Below, one piece after another: positions 62,278 to 64,000 of a stretch of 64,000 nucleotides of DNA; position 1 is the stretch's first letter; every line of letters starts with the position of its first letter. The notes beneath the pieces are model-generated. The model was not told where the DNA came from, did not search any database, and worked only from the letters and a program-made list of their open reading frames with translations. Both the position numbers and the translations under genes were made by a program. Source of the DNA: an uncultured delta proteobacterium (lineage in GTDB: Bacteria; Desulfobacterota; Desulfobacteria; Desulfobacterales; B30-G6); assembly GCA_963701385.1 (NCBI GenBank), contig CAVOZW010000007.1, positions 32,385-96,384 on the forward strand. Reading direction: 5' to 3'.

Positions 62278-63354
62278 TTACCCTACTTCCAGTACCGAAT
62301 TTTTTCCCCCAAAGACATTATCGATATATTTCGAGTTATTATGATCTTCGACCCACTCACCATCGACGACAAATCTGTATTGATAGGTGCCCGGCTTGAG
62401 TGCAATACGCTTCGTCCACGTACCATAATCATCCCGTTGCATAAGAAATTCATCGCCTGGGTTCCAATTATTGAAATTTCCTCCGATCTTTACGGAATTT
62501 GCTTGAGGATCATAATAGGTAAATCGTTTTTCAAAATCCGATTCTAAATGCATCGCTTCATCATCTTCGACGAACCACTTATGGTCCGTTCCTTCATCAT
62601 AAAGGACTTCCTCGGCAAGCATCATATAATCTTTGAATCCGCTGGCCTTTTTTGAATAATCCAGGATCGATTTTCCAAATCCAACGGCCTCCTTCAAGGT
62701 GACGTTGGATCGAATGACCGTTTCAAACATGGTGTCACTAAAATGCTTACGAATATTCTCCAATACTTCCCTTGAGATTCTTGTGCGCTTATCCACTAGC
62801 GTTCCAAAAACTTTTGTATGGATTTCATGCCCTGTTTTCTCTTTGATGGACGCTATGATCTGCATGAGTTTGCTGATTCCGTGCAAAGAAAACAAACTCA
62901 TCTCTATCGGTACGAATACTTCCGATGAAGCAATAAGCGCATTGAAGGTCAACAACCCAAGGCTCGGTGGACAGTCTATGATAATGATGTCATACAATGG
63001 ATGGACCCGCCCGATTGCTTGCTTTAAGCGGTTCTCTCTTCCCTTTACCATTGAAAGGTGGTGATCCAAGGTGCTGAGTGAAATATCTGCAGGCACAACA
63101 TCAAAGTTTTCTGTAACGTTTTCTGAGATATCTGCAAGCGATAGACCGTTGCCGTTGGAATGCTCCAGGATGTTAAAAACTGAATTCTCTTTATGGTTGG
63201 TATCAATATTTAGCCCCAATGCAACGTGACCTTGGGGATCCATATCAATCAGGAGCACTCTTTTCCCTAAGTGGGCAAGACAGGCGGACAGATTGATAGC
63301 GGTGGTCGTTTTACCACAGCCACCTTTTTGATTGGCAATCGAAATCGTTCTCAT
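62278..63354 (-). CDS. ParA/MinD-family ATPase fused to a C-terminal AMPK-beta/CBM48-type glycogen-binding domain
   Basis: Deviant Walker A IANQKGGCGKTTTAINL and Walker B LLIDMDPQG. The C-terminus FTYYDPQANSVKIGGNFNNWNPGDEFLMQRDDYGTWTKRIALKPGTYQYRFVVDGEWVEDHNN...GGKNSVLEV matches the AMPK-beta GBD pattern (GSFNNW...G.HQYKF.VDG.W..D). ATG 63354 sits behind GGAGG. Confidence 0.85.
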   Translation of the reverse strand: MRTISIANQKGGCGKTTTAINLSACLAHLGKRVLLIDMDPQGHVALGLNIDTNHKENSVFNILEHSNGNGLSLADISENVTENFDVVPADISLSTLDHHLSMVKGRENRLKQAIGRVHPLYDIIIIDCPPSLGLLTFNALIASSEVFVPIEMSLFSLHGISKLMQIIASIKEKTGHEIHTKVFGTLVDKRTRISREVLENIRKHFSDTMFETVIRSNVTLKEAVGFGKSILDYSKKASGFKDYMMLAEEVLYDEGTDHKWFVEDDEAMHLESDFEKRFTYYDPQANSVKIGGNFNNWNPGDEFLMQRDDYGTWTKRIALKPGTYQYRFVVDGEWVEDHNNSKYIDNVFGGKNSVLEVG

Positions 63355-63404
63355 TTCCTCCAATCCCCCTATTCCATGTGGTTCGAACCGTAACAACGAG
63401 CACA

Positions 63405-63467
63405 CATCTGAATTAGGATAGATGCCTTACGGTCGTTGCAAAGCACTGCCGCACGGTAGAACATTCC
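63405..63467 (+). repeat. 63-bp intergenic repeat, copy 2
   Basis: catctgaattaggatagatgccttacggtcgttgcaaagcactgccgcacggtagaacattcc. Lies between the terminator at 63598 and the parA-like start (63354). Confidence 0.85.
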
Positions 63468-63597
63468 TCAGCGCAAGCTGCGAAAAGTCTTCAAAAATCG
63501 GATGAAAAAAAGAATTGTTGTTCAGGGTTTCCCAGCAGCATTGGCGGGTGGCAAACGGATATAGAAAATGGATCATATTGACCCGCCCGAACATGCC

Positions 63598-63640
63598 AGA
63601 AAAAAACCTCCCAGGAGAATAGGATTCTCTCTGGGAGGTT
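63598..63640 (-). terminator. strong rho-independent terminator (16-bp stem with one bulge, plus a U-tract)
   Basis: On the minus strand: AACCTCCCAGAGAGAAT-CCT-ATTCTCCTGGGAGGTT followed by TTTTTCT (plus-strand A-run 63600-63606). Confidence 0.7.
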
Positions 63641-63727
63641 AGTATTGGAAATTTGAGAACCTCTTTGATCATGATGTTTTCACAGTTCAGACAACGTCAT
63701 GCTGAATACATAAAATGAGAAATAATC
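63598..63727 (-). ncRNA. candidate ~130-nt sRNA or attenuating leader upstream of the parA-like gene
   Basis: Bounded by the promoter at 63735-63763 and the terminator at 63598-63640. An upstream GAGGTT copy (RC of ~63657-63662) can pair with the AACCTC arm as an alternative (anti-terminator-like) helix. Confidence 0.35.
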
Positions 63728-63734
63728 GATATTT

Positions 63735-63763
63735 AATATACTATACTATATGTTGTATGTCAA
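63735..63763 (-). promoter_or_regulatory. near-consensus sigma70-type promoter (TTGACA-17 nt-TATATT) on the minus strand
   Basis: -35 is the RC of 63758-63763 (TTGACA). The spacer is 17 nt. -10 is the RC of 63735-63740 (TATATT). The sequence resembles the promoter at 57373. Confidence 0.5.
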
Positions 63764-63859
63764 GGAAAAAAAATACAATATGTAGTTGTGCCATGCGGGT
63801 GCAAAATACCGACGGGTTGGATTGGATGGTTAGCACGAGACGCTGTTCGCCGACGCGGT

Positions 63860-64000
63860 TCAACTGAGCGTCGTGATTATTTTCTCGGTGTCTTCGGTGG
63901 CCGCATCAATGATCACCCGGATTTTCTTTGCGCGCCGTCCTTCAACCTCCAGGACTTCAGCCAATGCGCCCGGCAGCTTGATGCTGTCGCCTCTGGAAAG
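63860..64000 (-). CDS. 3' fragment of a hypothetical protein (ORF open to the right window edge)
   Basis: The minus-strand frame is open from the window end to TGA (RC of 63860-63862): ...LSRGDSIKLPGALAEVLEVEGRRAKKIRVIIDAATEDTEKIITTLS. No family recognised. Confidence 0.3.
   Translation of the reverse strand, partial: LSRGDSIKLPGALAEVLEVEGRRAKKIRVIIDAATEDTEKIITTLS

Noticed and set aside
63427-63672. 81-aa ORF upstream of the parA-like gene. Also the 17-aa extension of the parA-like ORF to 63405.
   Set aside because: There is no SD. The ORF reads straight through a 16-bp terminator hairpin and the 63-bp dispersed repeat. The parA-like ATG 63354 has a perfect GGAGG.

Overview
This 64-kb window looks like a chromosomal segment from a sulfate-reducing Desulfobacterota (deltaproteobacterial) genome. 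That assignment is inferred from a complete 16-haem hmcABCDEF operon, selA and the gene style. I can support about 59 protein-coding genes. By eye I found no rRNA, tRNA, CRISPR array, transposase or integrase.

Main blocks:
- 0.3-3.0 kb: a PilT-type ATPase with an N-terminal c-di-GMP-type MshEN domain, and a transglutaminase-like protein.
- 3.05-12.75 kb (minus strand): hmcABCDEF, then a tandem USP, a CheY-like regulator, a REC-PAS-histidine kinase and an Rrf2 regulator.
- 13.1-14.8 kb: a PiT phosphate transporter and a frameshifted DUF47/PhoU-like gene.
- 16.7-19.6 kb: a visibly AT-richer islet of small genes of unknown role.
- 19.6-37.1 kb: a substrate-utilisation island. It holds a dimethylglycine-dehydrogenase-like FAD/folate enzyme, a LysR regulator, a PhnW-like transaminase, a SucD/SauS-type CoA-acylating aldehyde dehydrogenase and a HAD hydrolase lacking the D+2 acid. 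It also holds two adjacent citrate-synthase-fold genes, a PhnSTUV-like ABC importer, and EamA and MFS transporters.
- 37.5-41.2 kb: moaA, cobA-hemD, hemC.
- 41.4-57.2 kb: housekeeping genes (selA, rfbB, pyrF, lysC, tsaE, nnr, ybeY, phoH, cvpA, mazG).
- 57.4-63.8 kb: a histone-H1-like K/A/T/P repeat protein, fba, an LpoA-like lipoprotein, and a ParA-family ATPase fused to an AMPK-beta/CBM48 glycogen-binding domain with a partner carrying a ParB-like LGRGL N-terminus.

Most interesting observations:
- The ParA-CBM48 two-gene module, a candidate cargo-positioning system. A promoter and intrinsic terminator upstream of it bracket a ~130-nt unit (candidate sRNA or attenuator).
- The orphan pair of citrate-synthase-fold genes inside a non-canonical aminophosphonate-like catabolic island.
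- A palindromic element (TCTCCCA-N4-6-TGGGAGA plus an A/T box) at a fixed 43-47 nt upstream of three unrelated start codons.
- Several families of structured intergenic repeats.
- Up to three apparent frameshifts: the DUF47 gene, nnr, and a possible third (weaker) at the pit start. Together these suggest indel errors in the assembly or genuine gene decay.

All calls come from reading the sequence and the supplied ORF track. No database search was run.
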